Source: Callorhinchus milii (lineage: Eukaryota). From it: DNA of 64,000 bases. This document shows, piece by piece, positions 50,801 through 64,000 of this stretch. Each line of letters starts with the position of its first letter. The stretch's first letter is position 1. Below the pieces are notes generated by a model, which did no database searches, was not told the DNA's origin, and saw only the letters and a program-made list of their open reading frames with translations. The stretch spans positions 32,428,001 through 32,492,000 of the forward strand of contig NW_024704743.1 of the NCBI RefSeq assembly GCF_018977255.1. The letters run 5' to 3'. The position numbers and the translations under genes are program-made.

Positions 50801-53800
50801 TCATAACAATAATAATAATCCTTGCATTTGATGTGGCGCCTTATCGCGTCTTCGAGACGTCTCAAAGTGCTTACAACCGGTTTCCTACTTATGGCTAGGT
50901 AAACAGAGGCGTGTGGAGTAAGGAAACGTGCCCTTAAGGAAACGTGCTATGTCATTACCAGTGGTAAAGTACTTCAAAGTGGGTATCCAAGCACGTTTGT
51001 TTCATTCTCTGCTTAGATTTATATTTTTCCTCATCTCTCTCTCCACATCCCCAATACGTCTTTACTCCACTGTGCTTTCCCTTTTGTCTCGAGTATGCCA
51101 ATTTCACAGGCATGATCCAAACAAGGAAAATTATTTTATTCTCCTCTTCCCTCCCAACCCCCACCACCAGAAGCAAGACCACTGGAGTGACATGCCGCTC
51201 TCGAGAAGTTGGTTCAATTCTGAGTCTCAGTTATACAGAGAACTAGCTGCATAACCATAGGTCTGAATGATTAACAACACGATTTAGGCAGCATACACTG
51301 GGTGCTCCCGTCATGTCTCAATCAGACCCGCACAAAACTGCAATCAATTTCAAAGCAGTGTGATACATTACCAGGATACAGCTCCTCATGTCAACTCCAT
51401 CCACTGTTTTTTTTTAACTTGGAGATTACTGAGTCAAGTTAACATGGCGTGGGGTGGAAGAGGAATTCTACAAGTGGGTAAAGTGGTTTACTGACCTTGT
51501 CGTAGTATGCATATTAATTAGGGCGACTCCTTATAATTGCACAAAGCCAGAGTCGGTAACTTTACCAACTGGGGTGGAATTTCACCCTGTAGCTTTTTTG
51601 AAAAGAAAGCAGTTCTGCTGGAGGTGGGTGTCTGTTCAATATAACAGCTCACTCAGCTTCAGCGGGGTGTTTGAAATCAGACATGTTTATTTGCACCGCA
51701 GTGCACACCAGAGTGGGGTCACGACTTTACTGCTCGTGTCCATTCTCACTGAGCAACCGCACCAAGGAATCAAAGCTAACACTGTGGAGTCATCTCTAGC
51801 TGAGCAGAGGAACAGGTCACAGAGAGCACATGCGTGTAGTGCAACACACATGATAGTGTATGTGCATTCAGCACTCAATGCCATCAACTGGGCTATTTAA
51901 AAGGGAGAAGAATAGACACTTGTAAAATAAAAGTCACAGGGAATATGGAGGAAAGGTGGGCAAATGGGATTAAAAGACTTACCATGAACTAACAAAAAGA
52001 TGGAACAGGCTTAATAATAATAATGATGATACAGCACCTTATCACGTCATTAAGACGTCTCAAAGCACTTCACAAAATATATTGTGAAGGGAATTGACTG
52101 TATATTTTGTGGGTGAAACGTGAATCCAATTGACTGAATAGCCTCCTCCAAGTTACCTGTTAGATACTGTGTCCCAGCACCCCCAACCTAAATCCTCTTA
52201 TATAAGAATAATGATCCTTGCATTTAATATAGATCCTGATCACGTCTTTAAAACGTCTCAAAGGGCTTCACAGAATATACTCTAAAGTGTAGCGACTGTA
52301 TACTTTGAAAGTGAAACGCGGCAGCCAATTGCGCACAGCAGTGTCCCACAAACAGTCGTGGACTGAGTGACCAAATTATTATTGTTTTTTCACCGTACTA
52401 TTATTAAAAGCGATCTGCCAAATGACTAACAACCGGGTTCCTACTTACTGCTAGGTAAACAGAGGCGTGTGGAGTGAGGAGACTTACCCAGTGTTTCGCC
52501 CTGCCGGGAATCAAACCCAGGTCCTCTCGCTTGCGAGGCGAGTGTTCTAACTACTAAGCTAATAGGACTTCACATGTTGTGTCTGTCCCCAGGGTGCCCA
52601 GCTTAACTCCTCAGTTCCCTGACCTGGGAGGTGTTGAAGTTATATTTTTAGTGGCAGTCACAAGATGTTCTGCACAATCTTGTTTATATCATAAGAAGCA
52701 CGTTTATAGCCAATAAAAAACACAAGGGTCTTGTTCTGATCTGTTTGCTAAATTTAGCAGATTTGGTGATCTGCACTCCTAAACAACTGTAGTGAAAAGT
52801 TTTAATATAAATATTATAAAATAATAAATCTAATTTTAAATAATTAGAATAATTAATAAGCTCCAATCAACAGATCTGCTTTACTAATGAAAGGAGCAGA
52901 AACCTCCCCTCCACCCAGACATTTAAATTCCACGCTTTTAAACTTATTACAGTTTTCTTGTGATTAATCCCAGTGGTTGGCCTTTAAAATACTCGTTCCA
53001 ATTTTCAAATGATTCCACACCTTTGCCTCACCCTAACTCTGGGTCCTCCTGCAGTCCAACTCCCCTGCCCACTCTCTCCACTCTGCGACAGGTTTCATGT
53101 CCCACCTACTCCACACCACCTTGAATGGGCAAGTGTTTAGCCACTTTGCCCCACTCTCTGGAATTCTCTCCCGAGATCCCTCCACTTCACACCCTCTCTC
53201 TATCCTTTCAAAATCCTCCTAAAAATTTATCTCTTTGACTGTGCTTTCAATCACCTCCCACCTACCATAGTCGCTCCTACACTCTGTATCTTTAAGACAG
53301 TTTCCTATCTAAAAGGAACATATAAGTGCAATATCACTTCATTCTGTGCAGTTACGTCTGTGTCTTCGGTTCAATAGCTTTCACTGAAAAAAGCGTACAG
53401 AATTACAAACAAAGGCGCCAACACTGGCATTACTTAACACTTAGCAGTTTTACACCAATATTAATGATCCTCAAAGGTTTTAGTTCATTGAAGGAACAGG
53501 ACACACTTTATGGTTTGGTACCGAGCTACACAGGAATTCCAGGTTCCTTTGGACTCTGTGTGTGTTATATATATATATATATACATATCTACACCAATAT
53601 GAAAAAACTCTCAAAGGTTTTAATTTATTGAAGCAACAGGATACGGATGTGGGGAAAGAGCTGCTGAAAGTTGCATTAATAAAAAGGGTGCCTAAAAATC
53701 CACAGAGGTGGCAATGGTGCAGACACTGATTTGAACTCTGGTACGATGCGCCCAGAGGCAACTGGGGGGTTGGGGCAAGAAGATGATGTGAATTAAAGGT

Positions 53801-56800
53801 TTTGTGATTGCAGTTCAATTTAACATTCAAAGTTTCCAGGAGTATCCAGATAGCAAAATGCCAGCTGGAAAAGCTGTGAAAGTTAAAAAAGAGCATCAAT
53901 CAAGGCTTTAGGCACTAAAGTGTTGCTTGTGAATCAATACAATACAAAATTACATTTGTATACAACAACAACAAGATTACATTTGTATAGCGCCTTTCAT
54001 GTCGGGAGGATGTCCCAAGGCGCTGTACAGACTGTACAAATGGAGTACAGACTGACGATAGCTATCACTGCATAGAATGACAGCAATGATATAGATCTCA
54101 AAGTCAAACCTGTGATCTGCAGAACAAGGGAAATGGTAGTTTGGTGAACAACCCATATGTTTAGCAAAAGCCCTGAATAGAGCACATTATTTTTTTCACA
54201 TACGCACACAGTTTCCTGTGGAAAAGGCTGTCTGTAAGAAGAGTCCCTCCAGGACAAGCAGAGACTCGCTCAGCCCTCTCCACTGAGCAGGTGGACACTG
54301 ACATTAAACACAGGCCTTTTGTTGAGGCGTTTCTTCACTGAAAACAAAATGAAGTGTGCCCCACTCACTGTCCCATTATAAGGCCACCTGTCTCAACAGC
54401 ACTCAGTGGCTAGTGACATACAACCCATCGCAGGAAACAGCTGAACAGCAGCCGACCACTTTTTGGGGGGCTATAAATGGTCTTTGGAAACCTTTTAACA
54501 AAGAATCACTCAGTAGGAGTTATTTGCGCAAGAGCATAAACTTTTTTTTTATTCAGCACCCAGTTCTGTGTTGTCAGTTTACCAGGTGTCTTAAGCAATG
54601 CATTAACCCAATACAAATAACCATATCAAGCTACGCACATGAAGTCACTTCAAAATCCTCTCCCCCACTACTTTATTGCCTAATTTGCTGTGGTTTTTTT
54701 TCAAAATAACAAAGGAAGTACAGGCTGCATTGTACACCGACCTGGGAAATGTGATTCAGCACAATGCCAAGCAGACGACAGTTTTGTTTATAGAAAAAGA
54801 CATTTCTGAATAACGCAGCCGAAAGCTCTACAACATTATTAGCTCCGGCAGAAGCTATCCGACACACGTACTGAGATTTTGCACAACCAATTTGACTTCA
54901 ACCTTCTTTCCCTTCATGTGTGCCATTCGTCACATGACAGATGTGGAGTCAGAAGTAAAACCAGGCTTCCAGCTCCACATCACTACATTGGGGTAATTTC
55001 GACCACGCTTTTGGTCAGCTTTTCAACTCCCCCCCACCATCTCCCATCCTCACCATCTCCTCCCCTCCCCCCTCTCTGGCCACTCACTCAGCTCTCATTA
55101 ACCCTGCAAACCAAAACCCTAATGGGGAAGGTGGTTCTAGCTAAACAAGCAGAGGGAAAGCTTGCCAGACAGCAATATCAATGGCAAGCTATGCGGTTTT
55201 AGCTGGTTAGACTCTAACAGTACCCCAACGCACACTCCGGGCTCCCCAAGTCTTGGCTGTTGCCAACCTGCGTCTAATACTTTCCGGAATTAGATAAGCA
55301 GGATGTGTCCCTCCAGAAAGAGAGTGAGCATTCGATTCCAGCAATCTATCTTTGTAATTTCCATGTGTAGGTGGGATGCATGGAAATCTCAGCTTGGTTT
55401 GGATACTCTTAAGCATGGTGCTGGGTCTCCGCATGTACCAACACACCTGGCTGACCAAAACAGTTGAGATTTCAGTCAGCTTTGTGAAGTGCTTTGAGAC
55501 ATCCTCCTAACATGAAACCCACTATATAAATGTAAATTGTTGTTGTTGTGTCACCTGCCAGTCTCCCAGGCCACTGTAACAATCAATCTCCCATAAAGCA
55601 ACATTTTCACTAAAACATGAAATTCGAAGGAATCCTGTTTCAAAGGCAACATCAGTGGTACTTTGACGTTTTTTTTGAAAATAGGTGAGGAGGGGACGAA
55701 GATTCTGCACAGCCTTATACTCTATGTAAATAAATATCTACCTCATATATATATGTGTGTTATCTACATTAACGGTTATATATAACAGGCAAAAACAAGC
55801 TTATCAAAAGATCCGTGGCAAAGGGTTTAAAAGGCTCCCTAGAATGGAGGCGGGGGAAACTAATGTGGATTACTGATGAATGTGTATTCCCTTTTCTCCA
55901 ACTCAATGTAACAAAAGATAAACCTACTTAAAACAACACCTGCCTCTGACTCCAACATATTACACGCAGGATGGCTGACTGCTCATTGCCAAATTCGAGG
56001 CGATCTCACAGACAGGAAGCATGGCCGTTAGTGGCAACAGCTTATATAACCGATGCTGTGTTTATATTGCTGGAAATGAAACAATATCACTTGCAGCAGT
56101 GGAGTGGTGTGGAGCTGGAAGCCTGGCTTATACTTCTTGTTCCATATCGTAAATCAAGGCCATCGGAGACTCTAGATCAGGGCTGAAACTAGAATCTTTG
56201 AAAACCCACCTCCCCCTCCTCCATGCAAAGAAACATTATACATAGATACATACATAGATGGGAAGGAATGGTAAAAAGGCTTTGAGACCCATCAAGTTCA
56301 CTCCTACGAGAAACGCCGCACTCCTCCTCCCTCATAAGATTCACCAGTACCTCACTCCTGGTGCTGAACATTTAGTCCCTTCCTAGGTAGCACCAAATGT
56401 TATAATAATAATCCCTACATTTGGTTTACTTTCAAGTCAGGAGAAAATCCCAAAGCACTTCACAGGATACACTGTAAAGTGGAGTGACTGTGTGTTTTGT
56501 GAGAGAATGCGGCAGCCAATTTGCACTCAGCAATGTCCCACAAATAACCGTAACGATAATAATCTTCTAGACGTCTTAAAGCGCTTCACAGAATATACCG
56601 TAAATTGACTAGATATTTGTGGGTGAAACGCGACAGCCAATTGCTGCAGTGTCCCGCAAACAGTCGTGGATTGAAGTGGCCAATTTATTATTTTTTTTTC
56701 TTGAGGGATTATTATCAGGCGTGTAGAGTAAGGAAACTTGCCCAATGTTTCGCCCTGCCGGGAATCGAACCCAGGTCTCTCGCTTGCGAGACGAATGCTC

Positions 56801-59800
56801 TAACCACTGAGCTACAGGACTCCACGCCAGCCTTATCACCTTATAGTGCCTTATCACGTCTTCGAGATGTCTAAAGCGCTACACAGAATATACTGTAAAA
56901 TGGATCGACTGTATATTTTGTGGGCGAAACGCGGCAGCCAATTGCGCACAGCAGTATCCCACAAACAGTCGTGGTTTGAGTCACTAAATTATTATTATTA
57001 ATCTCCTCCCTCTTCAAACTCTCTTTATAGATGCATCAAATGATGATGACCTTTCTCAAACAGACCTGCCATGATATTCTGGCATTGAAACATACAGATT
57101 TATTTTACCTAGAACGTTACAGCAAGGTAACAGGCCATTCAACTCAAATAGTCCACTCCGAATCTCCTCTCCCATGTCTCTTTATTTCCTTCTCCCTCAT
57201 ATATGCATCAAGTTTTCTCTGAAGTGCGCTGATGTTACTTGCTGAAACAACATTTTCTGGCAACGAGTTCCAGATTCTCACCACCCTCTGCATGAAGAAG
57301 TTCCTCCTGAACTCACTTTTAGATCTGCTAGTGACTATCTTATGTTTGTGTCCTCTTGCTTTGAATTTATCAAGTGGAAACTGCATAGTTACGTCCACCT
57401 TATCGTCTCCTTTCATTGATTTTGTTTAAGCTACAAAATAGCTGGTGAGTCATATTTTACAGTTATCAAACTATAATTTATAAGTTATATATTCCTTCAG
57501 ATTCTTCAAGTTAATTTTCTCACAGCCTGTATGCAACTTAATATCAACCCCAATAATATTTCCTGTCTCCGAAATACTGACTCCAGCCTTAACATCATTC
57601 ATCATTCCCATATCTAGCTTCCCCTTATCAACCTTTCCCCCAAACTCCTGACTTCATCAACTCAGATTCTTATTCATATCCTTTATTAGCTGAGTTTGTA
57701 CTCTGGGAATTGGGAATATAGAAACAGGAGGAGCCCTGTTCATACAGTTTATTTGAACATTGCAGATCTCTTAATCTCAATTCCCTACCTTTTTTCTATA
57801 TCCACTAATAACTTTACTGTTCAAGTATCTATCTAGCTCACGTTTAATCATCCCAATGGATTTTGTCTGTCCAAAGTGCTCCATGAAGTATTTCCAAGTG
57901 TCTCCTTCACTGACCGGCCACACTTTGATTCCCTTGTGCAGTTAGAGTCGCAGTGAACAAACAGGACATGGTGGTGGTGATGGTGGTGTTGGGGGAGGAA
58001 TGAACAATATATTTGGCTATTTTTCCAGCGCTATTGTTAGCCGCGGGATTTTATGAGAGTTACATCAACTGTTTGCTTTGCTGAGACAATTCAGTAAATG
58101 CCAAACGATAAAGCCACTACATCACCCTCTGGAAACAACCTCGCTGGCAGCAGTTTACATTGTCTGTTGTCGCACACAAAGATCTCAGAGATCCAGTAGC
58201 AAGAAGAACAATTCAGAATAGTTCAGCTCAGGTCAGTTCAATGCCCTTAGTTAAAAGGTTTACACATTATTTACACATGACACATAATAGACCACACTAT
58301 CGCTAAACGGTCAGCGGTAGAATCCTGAATCTTGCTGGTAATCACGTGCAATTTCAGCTGACCCTTAGGAATTCTGTTCCAACCTGCCTGGAAAGAGATT
58401 GTATCGGAGCAGAGTTCCCATGAGGAGCACATCCCGTTAATGTCAGGATTCAACACTGAGGTATCCTGTTGTGGTTCCCATACTTCAGATCATAATATTG
58501 CCTGTTATAATCTATAACAGGTAATATTACAACCCCCAAAAGATATACATTGATTAAACATATATACAGGGTTTCTCTTGCAGATCATTCCCCCAGGAGA
58601 TAGTAGAGTGGGTGGGTTAGAGTCCACAATGGGGTCGAATGTCATGGTCTGTGGAGGGATTGAAGTGCCAAACAGCCTTTCCTTGTTCATTGTGTTCATA
58701 TTATTTTGAGCGGAACAGCACTGCTGGTAACACGCAAAGTCTATATCATTGACGTGGTGAGCTGAGCAGTCTGCAGTTACATATCCTCCCCCTAGGGATT
58801 GCCAGGCCCCACGTGGAGCAATAGCAGATGCAATGGCTCACATTGTGTCAGCCACTTTAGCTGGTGGCCTCAACAGCGACACAGAAGGATTCCTTTCAAA
58901 TTTTAGTCAATTGTTCTCAAATTTCAACTTCTCAGCATTGTAGCTGTCCCATTTGCCTATGTAACAACCTTCCTTTCATTTCGCATCAATTATATTTGGT
59001 TACTTGCTATCAAGGGACGATAAAATTCTCACTGAAGAGGCAATAAGGCTATCATTTTATTGTACGAGGCAACCTAATTATTATCATTATTCGAGAGGTT
59101 GTCTGGCTGCAATATCTCAGCAACTGTGTTCTAAGCAAAATGCTAAAAGAAATGTCTGACAGCTGTGTTGTCTGGTCATCACTGAAATCACTTCCTGTAC
59201 ACTTCGCACGATGGCAAGAAATGTCACTAACGTAATGTCCTTCAGGAAGTGACATCAGATGCACTTACTACATGTAACACTCATGCGTAGCACACAGGGA
59301 GTGGCCGGGGCAGTGTTTCCTGGTACAGTGCATATGTGCAGGAAGTGATGCCCTACGAAGATCTGACAACCTGGAAGTTGCTCATTTTTGTTAGCTCAAG
59401 TCAATTCTGGAGGCCAGATGTACGGCAATGATTCAATGCATTCATATTTCAGGGAGTATGCTGTGGAGGTGACTGATTTACAAATGCACAGGTCACTCAG
59501 ACAGCGTTTAATAGCTGGTATTTCTTAAGAGCTGAACTTTTGAAATCTCCTAACTCCTTGCCTGAACTATAAACCTCAGGCTGCCTTATTCTGTATTCCG
59601 ACTGCCAAAAGGCAATACAAAGTTTGTCTGCTTGCCCTATTTCTCAGTCCCTCGTGGCACACAAATGTAATTAAATCAATTTGCCGTGGCTGGAAGAGTG
59701 TTCTGCCACATCCCCATGTGGCTCCACTGTTCCTGTTTGTTCTTCGCCATGCGTTAAAAGCCAAATGAATTATTGCAGGTTTATAAAAGATCATCTTACA

Positions 59801-61396
59801 TTCAATGGGATGAATGAGTTCTAAACTGAAGGTCTTTCGCAAATGTCACCCTCTTTAAATGAATAACATGACGTTTACTAAACATCAAGTGGCTTCCTAG
59901 ACTTACTTTTCATTCCTTATATCTGAGGAGATTTTATAGTCGATTTCACATTTGAAAATAATGAAAGATACAATGGGGTCGATTTAGCGATACATTTACT
60001 ATTCATTATATGAAATGTACTAAGATGTGCCGGAGGCAATCCCTCCCCTCTCCCACTTTGTTCTCAATGGTGGTTGTTGCACTGAAGCATTAAATTTAAA
60101 TTAACTTCAGTTCATGGCTTTTGACTGCCAGGTCATGGAAATAGCGAATATCCCATTAACCAGCAGTCACAAGCTACAATCTGAAAGTGCAATGCAATCC
60201 CATGGTCCCGGCTTCATGGTTGTTGCTACGGAGGACATAATCAGGGGAATATTGCTAGGGGGGAAATGGGGTGTTCATCTCTGGTATGGTTACCGAATAT
60301 TTGAATGTGACGAATATTGTACATAAGAGGTCCGATGGTGCAGTGAATAGAGCCGTAGCTTATGGACCAGGAGCTTGCTGGTTTGAATCAGGTCCGTGCT
60401 GAGTTTGCTGATCTCAGCCAGGGTAGCATTGAAAGGCTACAATAGTCCTAGCCACAGTTCTTGCTCCTAGTTCTTCTGCAGCACCTACTACTGGTTGCCC
60501 GCACATGGCAGCTCGGTGGGGAGAGGTCAGTCTCAGCTGGCTGTAACCCAACCATCTGAAATCCAACATGCAGTGCCAATGCTCATGCATAAACAATGGG
60601 TTTCCATTGGGGAACCTATGCCGGTGTAACTGATCCTAGATACAGGAGACCGGTGTCCAGCACCAAGATGGAGAAAATTAGAAAAGAATAATTGGACACA
60701 TTAAATTATTAAAACAAGAATGTACCACTAAATTGCCTCCGATGGTGCTAGAATAAATGGAGTGTATTTTAATACATATCTTTTGAAACAGGAAATAAAA
60801 GTCATTGCAATATTTTGGATCTGTTAATCACAACAGTATTCATAATGTTGGTCCTTTGTATCTTGTTGATAACGAGGGTTAGGACTTACACACTCAGACA
60901 GATGATTATTTTAACAAAAATATAGATTGAGGAACCAACCATTGAGAGTTCATTAAGCTAATACTATATACTGAGATTGAGTACTTCTCCAGCGTCCAAA
61001 TAATAATCCTTGCATTTGATATAGCGCCTCATCTCGTCTTCAAGACGTCTCAAAGTACTACACAGAATATCCTGTAAAGTGTAGTGACTATATATTTAGT
61101 GGGTGAAACGTGGTAGCCATTTGCGCACAGCAGTATCCCACAAACAGTCGTGGATTGAGTGACCAAATTAGTAGCAATGTATTCCTCCCAACTCTCTCAT
61201 ATCTTGATAAATTTGATCTTTTTCACACGCAGCCATTTTCACCGCACTTTATCATTGTAACCACGCAGACTAAAACGAGAATATACTTACAGAGTTATTC
61301 CAGGAGAGCCCAGTGATGTGGTACTCTTTGATGTACGCTTGTAACTGTGTCCAGATGGTGAGAAAGGATTTGACCCATTCTACATGCCTCTTATCA
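38789..61396 (-). CDS. CAP2: CAP2 (adenylyl cyclase-associated protein 2), last seven coding exons; 5' exons lie beyond the window
   Basis: complement join(61396-61291,47023-46846,42124-41952,41363-41240,41084-41002,40140-40000,38872-38789), phase-consistent. Covers the end of the helical domain, polyproline, WH2 and CARP domain. CAP2 rather than CAP1 is supported by adjacency to FAM8A1 and the WDGSKLVTE tail. Confidence 0.93.
40000..40140 (-). CDS. CAP2: CAP2 exon (CARP)
   Basis: [47 protein letters not shown], 141 bp. Confidence 0.95.
41002..41084 (-). CDS. CAP2: CAP2 exon (CARP)
   Basis: (D)[27 protein letters not shown], 83 bp. Confidence 0.95.
41240..41363 (-). CDS. CAP2: CAP2 exon (CARP)
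   Basis: [41 protein letters not shown], 124 bp. Confidence 0.95.
41952..42124 (-). CDS. CAP2: CAP2 exon (WH2 end)
   Basis: (A)[19 protein letters not shown]...[12 protein letters not shown], 173 bp. Confidence 0.95.
42200..43470 (+). mobile_element. CR1-clade LINE, decayed RT region and 3' UTR
   Basis: [52 protein letters not shown]. Confidence 0.93.
43598..43891 (+). mobile_element. tRNA/Deu SINE, 5'-truncated
   Basis: Family body and tail. Confidence 0.85.
45832..46572 (-). mobile_element. CR1 3' fragment interrupted by a SINE
   Basis: [29 protein letters not shown]; homology to the 7340-7740 copy resumes after 46530. Confidence 0.9.
46215..46530 (+). mobile_element. Young tRNA-Ala/Deu SINE nested in CR1
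   Basis: Matches the family consensus. Confidence 0.95.
46846..47023 (-). CDS. CAP2: CAP2 exon (polyproline + WH2 start)
   Basis: [31 protein letters not shown]...[17 protein letters not shown], 178 bp. Confidence 0.95.
47844..48215 (+). repeat. Unclassified interspersed repeat (other copies at about 11895-11990 -, 31000-31180 +, 55062-55460 -)
   Basis: Shared core GCTTAAGAGTATCC.AACCAAGCTGAGAATTCCATGCATCCCAC. Confidence 0.8.
52208..52572 (-). mobile_element. tRNA/Deu SINE (long subfamily)
   Basis: Head, core and tail. Confidence 0.88.
55062..55460 (-). repeat. Unclassified interspersed repeat, inverted relative to 47844-48215
   Basis: Alignable by eye over about 370-400 bp. Confidence 0.8.
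56400..57000 (-). mobile_element. Cluster of three SINE copies/fragments (most complete copy at about 56555-56826)
   Basis: Repeated core and tail segments. Confidence 0.85.
57110..57430 (-). mobile_element. CR1 3' fragment
   Basis: [30 protein letters not shown]. Confidence 0.88.
61000..61170 (-). mobile_element. SINE 3' fragment
   Basis: Deu core and tail. Confidence 0.8.
61291..61396 (-). CDS. CAP2: CAP2 exon (helical folded domain end)
   Basis: [35 protein letters not shown], 106 bp. Confidence 0.93.
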
Positions 61397-64000
61397 CTAT
61401 GGCAAAACAGAGATTGAAGAGACCATTAAGGATCTGCAGAATATCCTATTGTAATACAAGGGAAGAGATGTCATTTTACATTCACACTAATGACGCATAT
61501 CAAGCAGCAACTTATTTTTTGTAAATATATCCAAATAACTTGAAACAAAGCAGCCTGATTTTTACATTTCTGTTATTAAAATTCTTAAGTCTACATGATG
61601 CAAATTAGGCAGGGATAGCACAAATGTTAACATTGTTTCCCCATAACTGACTACTAGAGTGGGTGGATGAGTTTCAGGATTTTTGTTCCATAATGGGCTT
61701 TTATGAACAAATTTAAATTTAAATACAATGTACAATGTATTAAAATTGGTTCATAAAAGTCTTTCATGGAACTAGAGGGGCCAGTATTGATATTTTAGCA
61801 GTAATTTTTCTCATAGGGTATTAGAAGCAAGAGAACAACACCAACTCAATACTCCAAGCAATGTCTCATCCTAAGGATAGCAGAGTCTTAGATCCCTAGC
61901 AGTAGAGTGCCTCCTAACACAGTCCAAATACCAACCTAGACCACCCAAAGTGCTTCTTTTCCTTGGATATTCTACATTCTTACCTGGGCCACTAAACGGA
62001 ACATTATTATTCAAAAGGAAAAAGAGATCTTCCCGTCAGCTAATAAACATTGGTAAAGAGCAAAGACACTGGTATTGGTGGTGATTTATTCTCTATTCAC
62101 AGAATATACTGTAACAGAATAAACAAGAAGAGAAAAGGTAAGAAGAGCATGAAACAGGAGAGCGTGAAGAGCAATTAGACTTGGAGAGTTATACAGAGTC
62201 TGACATACTGGATGACAAATACTGTACTGCTGCGGCCGTCATCCCCAAGATTCTTAAGCCTTTGCTGTGATCACCAGCTGTTTGTTGATATTAGTAACTT
62301 TTCCACTGGCCGAGAGACTATCCTTTGGACAGTTTGTAATGTGGTACTGAACAGCTTGTAACCATCAGCAGCCCTCTCCCTAGGCTCCCCCAGCTCCAGT
62401 CAGACGTCCACATACAAACCCTCTGAATATTTGTTTGCCCTTTTGACACAGTTAGGCAACTTGGACGATTGGTTCAGCAAGTATAGTCTGACTGCAAGTA
62501 CTTGGCAATGTTTATAGCTGCCAGTGACTTGTATCTGAAAGAAACTCCAGTATTTCTGAAATGTCAATGTGTGATGTGTCATTTTTGGGACGAGTTGCAT
62601 ACAGTTAAGTCATACTATCACAAAATACTTAAAAGAGAGAAATTCTACCTGGGTCCAGATTTACTCGGCTTATGTAGCATTTCAGAACATCCAGAATTTG
62701 ACATTTTTTTAAGTAGAGCTATAATTTTGAAGCTGTGCTTCTCTAAGTTTCTTTTAAGAAACTACAGAAAATGCAAATTTCACAAATGCAAATGGAAGGA
62801 AACAAAAATCAAAAAAACAATAGTTAGAGGGTGGTGGGTAGGGTGGGGGTATGAAGGAGGGAAATACATTGGGCTCAGAGAAATAAATTGGTCATACGAT
62901 GCATTAGGTGAACATACATCCTGAAAACATGTCTTACGTTCATTAACTAACTTACATTTCACCAACAAAATATACCATCAATTCACTTTACAGTATATTC
63001 TGTGACGGACTTTAAGACATCTACACAATGTGATAAGGCGCTATATCAAATGCAAGGATTTTTATTATTATTACATAAAGGTAGAATATTTCTCCATAGA
63101 TTTATACACAGACACATTTGAGATTTCAATTAAGTGCAGTCGAAGAATGTTTCTGAATTAAAAAAGTCTTTCTGTAATGATCGCAATTAAAAAAAAAAAA
63201 TTATTTTCCATTTCATGCTTGTTGTCAGAAGCTTGAGTTGCACCTGTTGCAGCCAGAGGGGCTCCTACAGAGAATTTCAGACAGCCAAGTCTAAAAACAC
63301 GTGCCATAAGGCACAGGGCAGCACGATGTACAACATGCTCTTTGTCAGAAGTACAATTGAAAACTGTAATCCACACTTTGGGCAGTATGCATAAAAAGTC
63401 AAACAAAGGACTCTTTTTATAGAGTGGTTTAATCTCAACAAATGTAATTTGGCAATGAATAGAGTTGTAATGCAGTAAAGCCCATTGGTAGCATTCAAAC
63501 CTGATACAGAATAAGAGTTTATATAGTACAGCATCAAAGATGCCAAAGTGACTTACTTTTTCAACAAATGCCACTGGTGGTGGGATTGGGGGGGGGGGGG
63601 CAGGGAAAAAAACTCTTGTGATAGATCTGATTATTATTAATCACATCTGGGAATTAAGGAAGAGGGCAGAATCCCAAGCCAAATTCAAAGTGTTGTGAAA
63701 TTAAGATCCTTTTGTTTGTGCACAGGGGACAAAGTCCTTTGGAATCCATACATTTGCCGGACAGAATATTCCCGAACCCACTTGTGAAATCAATCTCTTG
63801 TTGCGCAATTTATCCACGTTCAACATGTTTCGCTGGAATCACAACTGTAAAGTGAAATAAGTTTGAAGTGGTGTTGCTCTGTGAAAAAGCTGATGAGGGG
63901 AGAGATGTATAATTGATTGAGCTCGCTGGGAATTGGAATCAAGAGGAATGGAGGGCAGAGTAATGGGGTGAGAAAAGCGTCTATCAGGCATTAAGCATCT

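Overview
Vertebrate genomic DNA, probably a cartilaginous fish (inferred from the Deu-type tRNA-SINE, L2 and CR1 repeat content). Three spliced genes were reconstructed by hand, with GT-AG sites and intron phases checked. (1) Plus strand 3416-15011: an 8-exon, uninterrupted 633-aa frame. A TRIM25/finTRIM-type RING-Bbox1-Bbox2-coiled-coil module (exons 1-4) joins in phase to four exons homologous to the last four exons of nucleoporin NUP153 (FG tail ending [11 protein letters not shown]), and no PRY-SPRY exon is present. This looks like a natural TRIM-NUP153C fusion at the syntenic NUP153 position, with eroded FG motifs and ISRE-like motifs upstream. (2) Minus strand 29798-22118: complete 5-exon FAM8A1 (354 aa), preceded by a GC-rich 17-copy minisatellite. 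(3) Minus strand 61396-38789: the last seven coding exons of CAP2. The rest is intron/intergenic DNA rich in SINEs, L2 and CR1 fragments. The exon 4-5 fusion splice is predicted, not observed; comparisons to human proteins are from memory.
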